Source of the DNA: Candidatus Bathyarchaeota archaeon
GTDB lineage: Archaea; Thermoproteota; Bathyarchaeia; Bathyarchaeales; DTEX01
DNA length: 64,000 nt
Assembly (NCBI GenBank): GCA_963714275.1
Contig: CAVQNT010000005.1
Location: forward strand, 32,001 to 96,000
Direction: 5' to 3'
Notes under the pieces: model-generated
Database searches by the model: none
What the model was told of the DNA's origin: nothing
What the model saw: only the letters and a program-made list of their open reading frames with translations
Shown: in pieces, positions 22,474-33,618 of the stretch
Numbering within the stretch: position 1 is the stretch's first letter
How the letters are laid out: each line of letters opens with the position of its first letter
Position numbers and translations under genes: made by a program

Positions 22474-22533
22474 TCGCGGGATAATTCTTATAAACCACCA
22501 TGCATCTGTTGAATGAAAGTCGGTGAATGCGTA

Positions 22534-23007
22534 TTGCCAAAATGGGGATACTCCGTGATAGGGTTAGACCCTGAAACGACCGTTAAGGCCAGCGGAAGAG
22601 AGCTAAAAGTATCGCCTAAAGCAGCAGTTGAAGTGTGCACGGCAATCAAGGGAATGAAGCTCGACGAAGCCAAAACGTTCCTCGAGCAAGTCCAAAAGAA
22701 AAAGAAAGCAGTCCCCTATAGAAAACACAGAAAGACGCTTCCTCACCGAAAAAACCTCCAAACAATCGCTGCTGGAAGATACCCCGTTAAGGCGGCAGGC
22801 AAAATTTTAGAAGTTCTCGAAAGCGCCGAATCAAATGCCATGTTCAAAGGCTTAGACACTGAACGTTTGAAAGTGGCTCACGCTGCAGCTTATCCCGGAA
22901 TTAAGGTGGAGAGGTTTATTCCCAGAGCCATGGGGAGGGCGACACCTCGGAATGACATCTTGTGCCATGTGGAAATTGTTTTAGAACAGGTGGGAGGAGA
23001 AGTTTAA
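22534..23007 (+). CDS. rpl22: 50S ribosomal protein uL22
   Basis: MPKWGYS, GRYPVKAA, PRAMGRATP; GGTGA ribosome-binding site before TTG. Confidence 0.96.
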   Translation: MPKWGYSVIGLDPETTVKASGRELKVSPKAAVEVCTAIKGMKLDEAKTFLEQVQKKKKAVPYRKHRKTLPHRKNLQTIAAGRYPVKAAGKILEVLESAESNAMFKGLDTERLKVAHAAAYPGIKVERFIPRAMGRATPRNDILCHVEIVLEQVGGEV

Positions 23008-23781
23008 TTGTCTTCCATTAAACATTTTATTGAAGAATCAATCAGAAAAACGGGCGTAGACGAATTTTTGTGGAAAGAATTTGAAAGAGCAGGCTACGGA
23101 GGCGTAGACATAACAAGAACTCCGCTGGGCACAAACATAGTCGTCTACGCGATGCGTCCAGGTATAATCATAGGACGAGGGGGTACAACGATAAAAAATC
23201 TAGCACAATCATTAGAAACCAATTTCGGATTACCTAACCCACAAGTCTCGGTAGCAGAAATCGAAGTCCCCGAACTAAACGCTCAAGTTATGGCTTCACG
23301 AATCGCGTCCACTCTTAAACGGGGCGTGCATTTCCGCAGGGCAGGTTTCTGGGCACTCACCCAAGTAATGGAAGCAGGAGCGTTAGGAGCCGAAATAATC
23401 ATAAGCGGAAAACTGAGGACTGAACGAGCCAGAAAAGAAAAGTTCCGCCAAGGATTTGTACCAAAAAGCGGAGAGCTCGCTATAAAGTACGTAAGAAGAG
23501 CAGTTGTTCACTGTCAAATGAAACCAGGAATATTCGGCATTAGAGTTTCAATAATGCCTCCAGGAATTGAATTTCCCGATCAAGTCAAGATACTGGAAAT
23601 AGAACCCGAACCGCAACCTCCAAAAGAAATTGTTAAAACACCCGAGACAACATCTGAAGAAAAAGCTGAGAAAACAGAAGAGGTTACTCAAGGGCAAGAG
23701 GAACAGTCAGAAGATGAAACTTCGTCTGAAGAAGCATCTAAAGTTGACACTGAACCCCAAGAGAAGGAGAGCGAAGCCTAG
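23008..23781 (+). CDS. rps3: 30S ribosomal protein uS3 (acidic C-terminal tail)
   Basis: RPGIIIGRGG KH motif, GAEIIISGKLRTERAR. Confidence 0.97.
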   Translation: MSSIKHFIEESIRKTGVDEFLWKEFERAGYGGVDITRTPLGTNIVVYAMRPGIIIGRGGTTIKNLAQSLETNFGLPNPQVSVAEIEVPELNAQVMASRIASTLKRGVHFRRAGFWALTQVMEAGALGAEIIISGKLRTERARKEKFRQGFVPKSGELAIKYVRRAVVHCQMKPGIFGIRVSIMPPGIEFPDQVKILEIEPEPQPPKEIVKTPETTSEEKAEKTEEVTQGQEEQSEDETSSEEASKVDTEPQEKESEA

Positions 23782-23997
23782 ATGCCGATGAAGAGGATGC
23801 GGGAAATCCGCGAGATTTCGGACGAAGAACGTTTAAAGCGGCTTTCTGAGCTGAAAACTGAGCTTGTGAGAATGAAAACTATGGTGAAGGCTGGAGGAGC
23901 AATTGAGAATCCTTCTCGGATTCGTGAACTCCGAAAAACGATTGCCCGCATCAAGACTGTGATGAACGAAAAAACGGAAAGAGGTAAACAAGAATGA
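23782..23997 (+). CDS. rpl29: 50S ribosomal protein uL29
   Basis: ENPSRIRELRKTIARIKTV and operon position. Confidence 0.95.
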   Translation: MPMKRMREIREISDEERLKRLSELKTELVRMKTMVKAGGAIENPSRIRELRKTIARIKTVMNEKTERGKQE

Positions 23998-24276
23998 CCG
24001 TTACGCCGACAATTCTTCAACATGAGTTTATTGGTCTCGAAGCAAAAGTCGTACGTCAGCTCAAATCAGAGTCAGATAGGAATACGGGGGAAAGTCTTGA
24101 ACGAGACCCAAAAGACTTTGATAATATCACATAACGACAAAGAAAAACGCATAATCAAGGGAACATCAACGTTCCAATTCACGTTTCCTGACAAAACCGT
24201 GATTGAAGTAGAAGGCAAAGTCTTGGTTGGACGACCAGAAGACCGTGCCAAAAAAATTGTAAGGAGAAATTGGTGA
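23994..24276 (+). CDS. rnp1: RNase P protein component 1 (Rpp29/Pop4); frameshift ~24057
   Basis: MTVTPTILQHEFIGL..., GKVLNET, GRPEDR; sits between L29 and S17. Confidence 0.9.
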
Positions 24277-24587
24277 TGGCAAAAGCAACAGGTTCAGAAA
24301 AATCATGCAGTGATCCTAACTGCCCGGTCCACGGCTCACTTAAAACGAGAGGCAGAGTCTTAGACGGCGTTGTTACAAGCGCAAAAATGGACAAAACCGT
24401 CATAGTGCGAAGGGACTTCGTGTATTATGTCCGTAAATACAAACGTTATGAAAGACGACACAGCCACATTCCCACTCACAATCCTCCATGCATAGGAGCC
24501 TTAGAAAACGACCATGTAAAGATAGCAGAATGCAGACCCATCAGCAAAACTGTTTCATTCGTCATCATAGAAAAGACAGGAACGTGA
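24276..24587 (+). CDS. rps17: 30S ribosomal protein uS17
   Basis: CSDPNCPVHGSL, KYKRYERRHS, ECRPISKT. Confidence 0.96.
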   Translation: MAKATGSEKSCSDPNCPVHGSLKTRGRVLDGVVTSAKMDKTVIVRRDFVYYVRKYKRYERRHSHIPTHNPPCIGALENDHVKIAECRPISKTVSFVIIEKTGT

Positions 24588-24594
24588 GCGACTA

Positions 24595-25034
24595 ATGGCA
24601 GCTAAAGCAAAAGGAAGAGGCTTACTAGCCAAAGGAACAGTCGGATACAGAATGAAAATTACAGCTGGATTGCCAGTTGGCTCAATGCTTAAGTGCACAG
24701 ACAACTCAGGAGCAAAGGCTCTCAGGTTAGTTCAAGTCACAAGATACAAGGGAAGGCTTAGACGTCGCCCGTTGGCTGCCGTAGGCGACATGATCGTCGT
24801 TTCAGTTAGACGAGGAACCCCTGACATGAGAAAAAGCTCTTCAGAGCCGTCATAGTCAGACAGGTCAAACCCTTCAGGCGACCTGAAGGAAACTGGGTGC
24901 AGTTTGAAGACAACGCCGCGGTGATACTAACGCCGGAAGGCGAGATGCGAGGCTCAGAGATACGTGGTCCCGTGGCGAGAGAAGCAGCTGAAAGATGGCC
25001 CAGAATTGCGAGCGCCTCGAGCATGATAGTGTAG
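24595..25034 (+). CDS. rpl14: 50S ribosomal protein uL14; frameshift ~24833
   Basis: CTDNSGAK, then FEDNAAVI and [16 protein letters not shown] in the next frame. Confidence 0.95.
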
Positions 25035-25052
25035 GTTCAAGGTGAAGTTGAC

Positions 25053-25532
25053 ATGAAGCTGAAGACGAAAAGCCCAAGCAAACAGAGGAAAAGGCTTTAC
25101 ACAGCACCTTATCATAGCCGTAGCCATATTTTTTCAGCTCATCTTTCTTCTGAACTAAGGGGTTCGCATAACTCTCGAACCATGCCGGTAAAGAAAGGGG
25201 ACACAATAAGGGTTCTTCGAGGCGACTATAAAGGGTTCGAGGGCAAAATATTGAGAGTCAACCGTAAAGGTTACAGAATCATTGTTGATGGTATAAATAG
25301 AGAAAAAGCAGACGGAACCTCTATTCCGGTAGCCATTCATCCCTCAAAGGTTGAAGTTATCCGATTAGACCTTGACGATAAATGGCGTGATAAAATTCTT
25401 CGACGAAAAGGACCAGAAGAAGAGGAAAAGCCTCTAGAAAAACCTGTGGAAAAACCAACTAAAAAGGTAAAAAAACGAAGCACCAAAAAAAGAACCTCTG
25501 AACAACCTGAAAAAATAGCGGAGAAAGAATAA
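25053..25532 (+). CDS. rpl24: 50S ribosomal protein uL24
   Basis: PSKQRKRLYTAPYH, KOW motif KKGDTIRVLRGDYKG. Confidence 0.96.
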   Translation: MKLKTKSPSKQRKRLYTAPYHSRSHIFSAHLSSELRGSHNSRTMPVKKGDTIRVLRGDYKGFEGKILRVNRKGYRIIVDGINREKADGTSIPVAIHPSKVEVIRLDLDDKWRDKILRRKGPEEEEKPLEKPVEKPTKKVKKRSTKKRTSEQPEKIAEKE

Positions 25533-25533
25533 C

Positions 25534-26296
25534 ATGGGAAAAAAAGGCGGAAAAGCCCACCTAAAACGAGAAGCAGCTCCCGGATTCTGGCCAATTCACA
25601 GAAAGGAGCTCATGTGGACCATTAAGCCTACGTCTGGTCCTCATCCCATTCATCAATGCATCCCTTTAGTGATTATGGTTCGTGAAGTCCTTGGTCTAGC
25701 TCAAGACGAGGAAAGAAGCGAAGAAAATTGTTTCGCAGAGCAAAATTAAGGTTGATGGAAGAACCATCCACGATGAACGTTTCCCCATAGGGCTAATGGA
25801 TGTTGTTTCCATTCAAGAGATTAACCAAAACTATCGCGTTGTTCCGTCAGAGAAAGGGTTAATCCTCCATCCAGTAAGCGAGGACGAAGCAAAATTCAAG
25901 ATTTGCAGGATTGAAAACAAAAAAACCTTGAATAAAGGAAACATTGAGCTTAACCTTCATGATGGTAGAAACCTGTTGGTCCATGTTGAAAGTGCACATA
26001 AACCGGATGAAGACGTTTACAAAACTTTTAACAGTCTAAGGATCAGTGTTCCAGAACAGGAAATTCTCGAGTATTTGAATCTGGAAAAAGGGAATCTGGC
26101 AGTCTTTGCTGATGGTAGCAACATTGGAAAATATGGAACAGTCACATCAATCGAAGAACAGACAGGGCAGAAACGAAGGAACTTTCTCATAACAATACAA
26201 AACGAAAAAGGCGAAGCCTATCAAACAATACTCAAATATGCAATTACTGTTGGAGACAAAAAACTGAAAATAACTATGCCTAACAAGGAGGCTTAA
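25534..26296 (+). CDS. rps4e: 30S ribosomal protein eS4; frameshift ~25702
   Basis: HLKREAAPGFWPI, GPHP, FPIGLMDVV, LNLHDGRN. Confidence 0.95.
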
Positions 26297-26300
26297 TGAA

Positions 26301-26840
26301 GTGGGGTCAGTAGAAACCAGCGAAAAACAATATGATAATCCGATGCTGAAGCCAAGAATTGTTAAAGTGGTCGTGAACTCTTCAATCGGCAAATCAGGCG
26401 AACCCCTTGACAGAGCCATGAAAATCATAGAGGACCTAACTGGGCAAAAACCGTGCACGAGAAATGCCAAAAAAACTTTGAGGGAATTTGGCATCAGAAA
26501 GAAAGAGCCCATAGCCTGCATTGTCACGTTACGTGGCGAAAAGGCAAGGGAGTTCTTAACTAAAAGTTTACGGGCGGTTGACAATCAGATTTCTCAACGA
26601 TCATTCGATAAACAAGGCAACTTCTCTTTCGGTATCAAGGAACACATCGACATTCCTGGCACCAAGTACTCTCCAGATTTAGGCATTATCGGCATGGACA
26701 TTTCAGTGACTCTCGAACGACCTGGGTACAGAGTGAAACACAGGCATCGAGCAAGTGCCAAAGTGGGTTCGCAGCATTTATTAACCCCCGATGAAGCCGT
26801 ATCATTCTTGAAAGACCAATTCGGTGTGGGAATCACGTAG
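26301..26840 (+). CDS. rpl5: 50S ribosomal protein uL5
   Basis: [31 protein letters not shown]. Confidence 0.96.
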   Translation: MGSVETSEKQYDNPMLKPRIVKVVVNSSIGKSGEPLDRAMKIIEDLTGQKPCTRNAKKTLREFGIRKKEPIACIVTLRGEKAREFLTKSLRAVDNQISQRSFDKQGNFSFGIKEHIDIPGTKYSPDLGIIGMDISVTLERPGYRVKHRHRASAKVGSQHLLTPDEAVSFLKDQFGVGIT

Positions 26841-26851
26841 GAGCGTCTGAC

Positions 26852-27016
26852 ATGAACGCACAGAGCACAAAAAAGGAACGGAAATTCGGCAAAGGAAGCA
26901 GACCGTGCAGAAGATGCGGGTCTTACGGACCCGTAATTCGGAAATACGGTCTTAACCTTTGCAGACACTGTTTCAGGGAAGTTGCTGAAAAATTGGGTTT
27001 CAAAAAGTATCAGTAA
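26852..27016 (+). CDS. rps14: 30S ribosomal protein uS14 (Zn-binding), not in the ORF track
   Basis: [13 protein letters not shown]...[22 protein letters not shown]. Confidence 0.95.
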   Translation: MNAQSTKKERKFGKGSRPCRRCGSYGPVIRKYGLNLCRHCFREVAEKLGFKKYQ

Positions 27017-27031
27017 TGAAGGGAAACACGA

Positions 27032-27416
27032 ATGGATACAGTCGCAAACGGTTTAATAACAATAATGAACAACGAGCTGAAGAAGAAAGAAAGAGTGCAT
27101 TATTGCTCCTGCTTCAAAACTCCTAGGTAACGTGCTAAGAATCATCCAGATGAACGGTTACATCGGAGAATTCGAGTTCATTGACGATGGACGCTCCGGA
27201 AAAATCAGAGTGCAGCTTCTCGGTAGAATAAACAAGTGCGGCGCCATCAGACCGAGATTTGCGGTGAAGACTAAAGACATTGAAAAATGGGAAAAATCGT
27301 TCCTTCCGTCAAGGGACATAGGTGTCATCGCAGTTTCAACGTCCAAAGGCGTCATATCGCACAAAGACGCTGAACAAAAAGAGGTTGGAGGGCTGCTCTT
27401 AGCCTTCGTATATTGA
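27032..27416 (+). CDS. rps8: 30S ribosomal protein uS8; frameshift ~27078
   Basis: [33 protein letters not shown]. Confidence 0.95.
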
Positions 27417-27431
27417 CTTGGAGGACATGAT

Positions 27432-27977
27432 ATGTCTCGTTTGGAAACTCGGACCGTCCAGATTCCTAAGGAAGTAACAGTTACGTTAGATGGTAAAATA
27501 ATCGAGGTTAAGGGTGAGAAAGGGCGTCTAGTTAAAGATTTTTCTCAGACTTCCATCGTTATCCGAGTTGAGGAAGGCGAGATAACTGTTTCAGCCCTGC
27601 GACAAAAAAGAAAAGAGTCCGCTCTCGTCGGAACCATTTGTTCTCATGTGAACAACATGATAAAGGGGGTAACAAAAGGTTTCACGTATAAACTTAAAAT
27701 CGTCTTTTCTCACTTCCCGATTTCAGTGAAGGTTCAGGGAAATCGTGTCGTCATTGAAAACTTCATTGGAGAAAGGAATCCGCGTGCAGCCAACATAGTA
27801 GGCGACTCCTCCGTTTCAGTGAAGGGAGACGATGTCATAGTTAAAGGCGTTAACATCGAAGATGTGAGCCAAACTGCCGCCAACATTGAGCAAGCTACAA
27901 TTGTGAGGCGAAGAGACACACGAAAATTCCTTGATGGAATCTACGTTTTCGAAAAGCTAGAAGGGATGGTTGATTGA
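27432..27977 (+). CDS. rpl6: 50S ribosomal protein uL6
   Basis: KIVFSHFPI, NFIGE, QTAANIEQ, FLDGIYV. Confidence 0.96.
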   Translation: MSRLETRTVQIPKEVTVTLDGKIIEVKGEKGRLVKDFSQTSIVIRVEEGEITVSALRQKRKESALVGTICSHVNNMIKGVTKGFTYKLKIVFSHFPISVKVQGNRVVIENFIGERNPRAANIVGDSSVSVKGDDVIVKGVNIEDVSQTAANIEQATIVRRRDTRKFLDGIYVFEKLEGMVD

Positions 27978-28414
27978 CTGAGCAAAAACGAGACACGGCG
28001 GCACTTCTTAAGAAAAGAGAAAAAGAGAAGAGCAAGAATCCCAAGTTTCTTCGTCAAGAGAGCTGGCGGTATAAACGTCTCAATGAAAGCTGGAGAAAAC
28101 CACGCGGCGTAGACAACAAGATGCGAAAGAAGGTCAAAGGATGGCCTAAATCGCCCGGAAGTGGCTACCGTGGACCAAAGAGCTCAAGGGGATTGCACCC
28201 TTCAGGATTCATGGAAATCATGATTCACAACATTGATGACTTAGGCAAGGTTAAACCAGAATCGGAAGCAGCAAGAATAGCCCATACAATCGGTAACAAA
28301 AAAAGGATCGAAATACTCAATAAAGCCAGAGAGATGGGAATTCACGTTCTGAACCCAAGAAAATTCAGAGAATTAGAGAAACCATCCTCTGAGAAAAAGG
28401 AAACTAAGGAGTAG
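27974..28414 (+). CDS. rpl32e: 50S ribosomal protein eL32
   Basis: SWRKPRGVDNKMR, RGLHPSG. Confidence 0.96.
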   Translation: MTEQKRDTAALLKKREKEKSKNPKFLRQESWRYKRLNESWRKPRGVDNKMRKKVKGWPKSPGSGYRGPKSSRGLHPSGFMEIMIHNIDDLGKVKPESEAARIAHTIGNKKRIEILNKAREMGIHVLNPRKFRELEKPSSEKKETKE

Positions 28415-28441
28415 AAACACCGCGTTGGAGAATGATTTGTT

Positions 28442-28894
28442 ATGAGTTTAGTGAGCCAACGTCGCATGGCTGCGGAGATACTGAAGGTGGGCGAAAACAG
28501 GGTGTGGATTGACCCTGAAAGAGCCGACGATGTGGAGTTAGCCATATCAAGAGAGGAAATCAGGAGACTTATCCGAGACAGAGCCATCAAAAAGATGCCT
28601 GAAAAAGGAATAAGCAGAGCACGCGCTCGACGTATTCATGATAAAAAAGTTGCTGGAAGAAGAAGGGGACAAGGAAGCCGCGAAGGAACAAAGGGCGCCA
28701 GAACTCCCTCCAAGGAGGCGTGGATGAAAAGGGTGAGAGCGCAGAGAAAGAGGCTCCGTGGACTAAGAGACTCGCACGCACTTAATGAAACCGTCTATCG
28801 GCAGCTATACATTATGTCAAAAAGTGGTTCATTTCGTTCGGTGGCAGACCTTGATCGTTACATGGAAGCTCATGGTCTTAGGAGGAAAAGGTGA
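28442..28894 (+). CDS. rpl19e: 50S ribosomal protein eL19
   Basis: QRRMAAEILKVGENRVWIDP, GRRRGQGSREG. Confidence 0.96.
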   Translation: MSLVSQRRMAAEILKVGENRVWIDPERADDVELAISREEIRRLIRDRAIKKMPEKGISRARARRIHDKKVAGRRRGQGSREGTKGARTPSKEAWMKRVRAQRKRLRGLRDSHALNETVYRQLYIMSKSGSFRSVADLDRYMEAHGLRRKR

Positions 28895-29502
28895 TGAGTA
28901 AAGGCCCAACATACAACGTTCCTTACCGACGGCGGAAGGAAGGAAAAACAAACTACAGCCTAAGAAAAAGGCTAGTGGTATCAGGACTTCCGAGGATTGT
29001 TGTCAGAAGAACCAGCAAAAACATCCTAGTTCAATTAGTGGAACCTGACATTAAAGGCGACAAAATTGTCACCTCAGCTCATTCTGGCGAATTAAGAAAG
29101 AAATACGGCTATCTTGGAAGCCTCAACAACCTTCCAGCTTCGTATCTAACGGGACTGCTTTGCGGATACAAGACTAAAGCCAAAGATGTGAAAGTAGCCG
29201 TCTTGGACATCGGTCTGCAGATTCCGTCCAAAGGAGCAGATGTCTTCAGCGTCTTGAAAGGCCTTTTGGATGCAGGAGTTGAGGTTCCTCACAACGAAGA
29301 GGTTTTGCCAGACGAGAAAAGAATTGCTGGCGATCATATCGCAAAATATGCTGAGCAACTTTCTGCTAATCCAGACGAATATACCCGTTTTTTTTCAGCG
29401 TACACAAAAAGAGGGCTTTCTCCAGAAAAAATCACGGAACACTTCATCAAAGTCAAGGAGAAAATAGCCTCAGACTTCAAGAAACCATCAAAGAAGACCT
29501 AG
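28894..29502 (+). CDS. rpl18: 50S ribosomal protein uL18
   Basis: YRRRKEGKTNY, NNLPASYLTG, VLDIGL. Confidence 0.96.
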   Translation: MSKGPTYNVPYRRRKEGKTNYSLRKRLVVSGLPRIVVRRTSKNILVQLVEPDIKGDKIVTSAHSGELRKKYGYLGSLNNLPASYLTGLLCGYKTKAKDVKVAVLDIGLQIPSKGADVFSVLKGLLDAGVEVPHNEEVLPDEKRIAGDHIAKYAEQLSANPDEYTRFFSAYTKRGLSPEKITEHFIKVKEKIASDFKKPSKKT

Positions 29503-29509
29503 CCTTGTT

Positions 29510-31375
29510 TCATGGATTTTTAAGTTCCAAGTTTACGTGGTAGAGGTCCCCTTCGATTCCATATTTCATCTGGTATCCTGATTTCCTGAAAATGTGGAAC
29601 ATTCGGTTATTATCCTTCAAGACCCACGCTGTGAACTTTGTAATTCCATACTTCTGTGCTGTCTCAGCTAAATATCGGAAAAGCGTTGTGCCTAAACCTT
29701 GGTTTTGCCAGTCGTCCCTGACTAATAGTGCCACTTCAGCTAGGTCAGTATTTGGGACGCGCGAGTCACTTCCTATTGCGATTATGTTTTCTCTTTCCTC
29801 TTCTGTTGTTGTCCCCACCAGAACCATCTCATTCTTATAGTCCACGATGACGTAAGGCCACACACGTTTCAGAGGCATGGTCTTCAATGAGCCGAGGTAA
29901 CGTTTAGTGACAGCATCTTTTGACAGCGAATAGAATAGATGCTGCTTCAACGTTGCGTCTGAAGGCTTAATTGGGCGTAACACAACCTTTGATCCGTTTT
30001 TCAATGATACATTTTTGACAAGTTCCTCTGGATACTCAATTTCTGGGAAGGACATAACTTCCTGAGGAACATAACGATGGTTCTTTGCCCAAGCCAGCAG
30101 CTCATTCCTGAACTTGGGAAAGGCGACGTTAATTAGCGAAAGCGCCCTTTCCTTTATCGCTTTCCCCTTCAACGCTGCAACGCCATATTCTGTGATCACA
30201 TAATTTACGTCGCCTCTTGTCAACACGACTCCTGCACCTTTAGATAAAAAAGGCTTAATACGTGTGACTTTCCCCTTCTTTGCGGTTGACGGAAGCACCA
30301 TTATGGCTTTTCCGCCATTCGACATGTTGGCTCCCCTCATGAAGTCCGCTTGTCCTCCTAAACCGCTGTAGAAACGGTAACCCAAAGAATCCGAACAAAC
30401 CTGACCCGTTAAGTCCACTTCCAAAGCTTGGTTTATCGCAACCATCTTCTCGTGCTGGCTGATCACAACTGGGTCGTTTACATAGTCTGACTCGTAAAAC
30501 TCCACCATTGGATTATTGTCAATGAAATCGTAAAGGCGCCGGGTTCCCATCGCAAAGGAAGCAATTATCTTTCCTCGGTTTATCGTCTTTTTCGAACAGG
30601 TGACAACACCATCCTCAACTAGGTCAACGACCCCTTCCGTCAGCAACTCTGTATGTATACCAAGATTTCTTTTGTCTCCCAATGAGTCAAGGACAGAATC
30701 TGGGACACTTCCTATCCCAATCTGAAGGGTCGACTCGTCCTCCACCAAGTCTGCCACGTGCTTTGCGATTCTGCCAGAGATTATGTCCTGTTCAGAATGT
30801 GGAGTTTCAAGAATCGGTTCATCGTGTTCCACGATCACGTCAACGTCGTTTACATGGACGAAACTGTCACCTAATACTCGGGGCATCTCTCGGTTCACCT
30901 GTGCAATCACGAGCTTAGCCTTCTCGGATGCTGTCTTCGTGATTTCAACCGAAACTCCTAAGCTGCAGAAACCGTGTTCATCAGGGGGCGTAATCTGAAT
31001 GAGAGCCACGTCGATGGGAACCATACCCTTAGCTATGAGTTTAGGCAGTCCAGACAGAAAAATTGGAGTATAGTCCGCTCTTCCCTCGGCGACCGCTGAC
31101 CGCGTGTTGATTCCGACAAAAAAGGCGTTTAAACGAAACCTGTCAGAATAGATGGGCTTTGCATAGGGCGCAACACCCAGAGTGTGAACGTGAAGAATTT
31201 CGTTGTCCGCGAGATGGTTGGCTTTCTCAACAAGCCCGTTGACGAGGAATTGGGGTTCGCCGCATGCTGATCCAATGAAAATGTGGTCGCCAGTTTTTAT
31301 CAGACTAAGGGCTTCGTCAAGGTTCTTCTTCTTTTCGTCATATGACCTTCGACGCAATTCATGCGCAGCATTCAT
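29510..31375 (-). CDS. Acetyl-CoA hydrolase/CoA-transferase (Cat2-like) fused to a C-terminal GNAT domain
   Basis: LQIGIGSVP, GIHTE, YSGLGGQADFMRGA, VITEYG; then LRPIKPSD..AEVALLVRDDWQNQGLGT. Confidence 0.9.
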   Translation of the reverse strand: MNAAHELRRRSYDEKKKNLDEALSLIKTGDHIFIGSACGEPQFLVNGLVEKANHLADNEILHVHTLGVAPYAKPIYSDRFRLNAFFVGINTRSAVAEGRADYTPIFLSGLPKLIAKGMVPIDVALIQITPPDEHGFCSLGVSVEITKTASEKAKLVIAQVNREMPRVLGDSFVHVNDVDVIVEHDEPILETPHSEQDIISGRIAKHVADLVEDESTLQIGIGSVPDSVLDSLGDKRNLGIHTELLTEGVVDLVEDGVVTCSKKTINRGKIIASFAMGTRRLYDFIDNNPMVEFYESDYVNDPVVISQHEKMVAINQALEVDLTGQVCSDSLGYRFYSGLGGQADFMRGANMSNGGKAIMVLPSTAKKGKVTRIKPFLSKGAGVVLTRGDVNYVITEYGVAALKGKAIKERALSLINVAFPKFRNELLAWAKNHRYVPQEVMSFPEIEYPEELVKNVSLKNGSKVVLRPIKPSDATLKQHLFYSLSKDAVTKRYLGSLKTMPLKRVWPYVIVDYKNEMVLVGTTTEEERENIIAIGSDSRVPNTDLAEVALLVRDDWQNQGLGTTLFRYLAETAQKYGITKFTAWVLKDNNRMFHIFRKSGYQMKYGIEGDLYHVNLELKNP

Positions 31376-31495
31376 GAGAAAAACACCTTTATTAATATCG
31401 CATCGTCACCTAAATAAGAATCAGCCACACATAAATATTAGACAATGCCCTCATAAGGCGCACCGTAACAAGCCAAACTTTAACGAGGTTAACGC

Positions 31496-33596
31496 ATGAA
31501 GCTCGAAGCCTTCTTTAAGCCAAATTCAATCGCCGTGGTAGGAGCAAGCAGGGAGCCAGAGAAGGTAGGTCACAGAATATTCAGAAACCTCGTTGAAAGC
31601 GGATTCAAGGGTAAACTTTACCCAATCAACCCAAAAGCAGACGAAATACTAGGCATAAAATGTTATGGCAATGTCTCGGATGTCCCAGACCAGATTGATC
31701 TCGCCGTGATTGCTGTTCCCGCCAAGATCGTGCCAACGCTAGTCTGAGGAATGCGGAAAAAAAGGCATAAAAGGAATAGTCGTTGTCTCAGCAGGATTTA
31801 GCGAGACAGGCAGAGAAGGCACACAGCTAGAAAAGAGCTCTCGCTGTGTGCCAGAAATACAATATGCGAATGCAGGGACCAAACTGCCTCGGATTCATCA
31901 GTACCCAAAGCAACATGAACGCTTCTTTCGCTGCAGTCAAGCCTACCGTTGGAAACATAGACTTTTATTTCACAAAGCGGGGCTTTGGGAAGTGCGATTC
32001 TGAACTGGGCGCTTCAGAACGATGTTGGATTCACGAGCTTCATTAGCTTGGGAAACGAGGCTGACTTGAACGCTGCAGACTTCCTCGAAGCCTTGGCTGA
32101 CGACGAACAGACAAGAGTGGTGGGACTATATGTTGAAGGCGTCAAGAACGGATGCCGCTTCATCGAAGAAGCCAAAAAAGTTTCCGAAAGGAAGCCTGTT
32201 ATTGCGTTGAAGGCGGGGACAACCGATATGGGCGTGAGAGCCGTTTCTTCTCACACCGGTTCGCTTGCTGGTTCAGACACAGCTTTCTCAGCTGCTTTCA
32301 GGAAGGCTGGCGTACTCAGAGTCAACACGTTGCGGGAACTTTTTGAGCTCGTTCTAGCTTTCGAGGACCAGCCGTTGCCCAAAGACAGAAACATACTGAT
32401 AATAACTAATGGCGGCGGTCCCGGAATCTTGACTGCTGACGCCTGTGAAAAAGTGGGTTTAGGGCTGCCGTTGCTCGAGTTTGAAATTATAGAGGAACTA
32501 CGAAGTTCCCTTCCGCCTCACGCGAGCCTAAACAATCCCTTGGACGTTTTGGGGGACTCGGATGAAAGCCGATACGAATTAGCCTTGAAGGCTGGGCTTA
32601 AAAGCCAGAACATAAACGGAGTCATAGTCATTTTGACTCCTCAAGCCATGACGCCTTCAGACAAGGTTGCCGAGGTTATCGCTAAGGTCAGGGGATCATC
32701 GGATAAACCAATTATTACTTCATTTATGGGGCTCGACGACGATTCTGTTGCTGTAAAAACGTTGTTGAAAAACAATATTCCTAACTATCCTTTCCCTGAG
32801 TCAGCCGCGTTTGCCCTTAAGATGATGTATGAATATGGTTCGATCCTTAAGAAACCAAGCGAAGGGCCATCATTCTCTACGCAGATTGACGTTGAGGCTA
32901 TTAGGCAAATTCTTTCTGAAATACGCGCTGATGACAGGTTAGTTCCCACGATAGATGAATCTTTCAGGATTGCACAACAATGCGGGATTTCGGTGCCTAA
33001 AGCAACGATCGCTAAGTCTTCAGATGAAGCAGGACAAATAGCAGATTCAATCGGTTACCCCGTCGCATTGAAAGCTTGTTTCTCCCGAAATTCTACACAA
33101 AACAGATTTGGGAGGAGTCATGCTCAATATTACCTCATGTGCCGAAGTAGAGCGGAATTATGACATTATTCTAGGCAAGATACATGGTTTGATGCCTCAA
33201 GCCAGAATATTTGGGATCCTCGTTCAGAAGATGGTTCTTAAGGGAAAAGAGGTGATTGTGGGCGCTGTTAGGGACGCCCAATTCGGTCCCCTTATGATGT
33301 TCGGTTTGGGAGGAATTTACGTCAACTTTCTGCGAGACGTTTCGTACCGTTTATGCCCTCTCACAAAATCGGAAGCAAACGAGATGATTGAAGAAACAAA
33401 AGCATACACCCTTCTTAGAGGCGTAAGGGGAGAATCGCCGTCTGACGTCGATTCGGTGGTTAACGTAATCCTAAAGGTTTCGCAGATCATGAGCCAGTTT
33501 GAAGAAATCGTTGAGATGGAAATTAATCCGTTGTTCGTTTACGAAGAGAAAAAGGGATGTGTTGCAGTAGACATAAAAATGGTAATAACTAAGTGA
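31496..33596 (+). CDS. Acetate--CoA ligase (ADP-forming), alpha-beta fusion; four apparent frameshifts
   Basis: PNSIAVVGAS, GPNCLG, SHTGSLAG phospho-His motif, TNGGGPG, NPLD, ATP-grasp GYPVALK..FGPLMMFGLGG..EINPL. Confidence 0.9.
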
Positions 33597-33618
33597 ATAA
33601 CGTAAGAAGGAGAATGGT

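Noticed and set aside
23590-23781. Acidic tail of uS3 and basic tail of uL24 as novel domains
   Set aside because: Low-complexity extensions are common in archaeal ribosomal proteins
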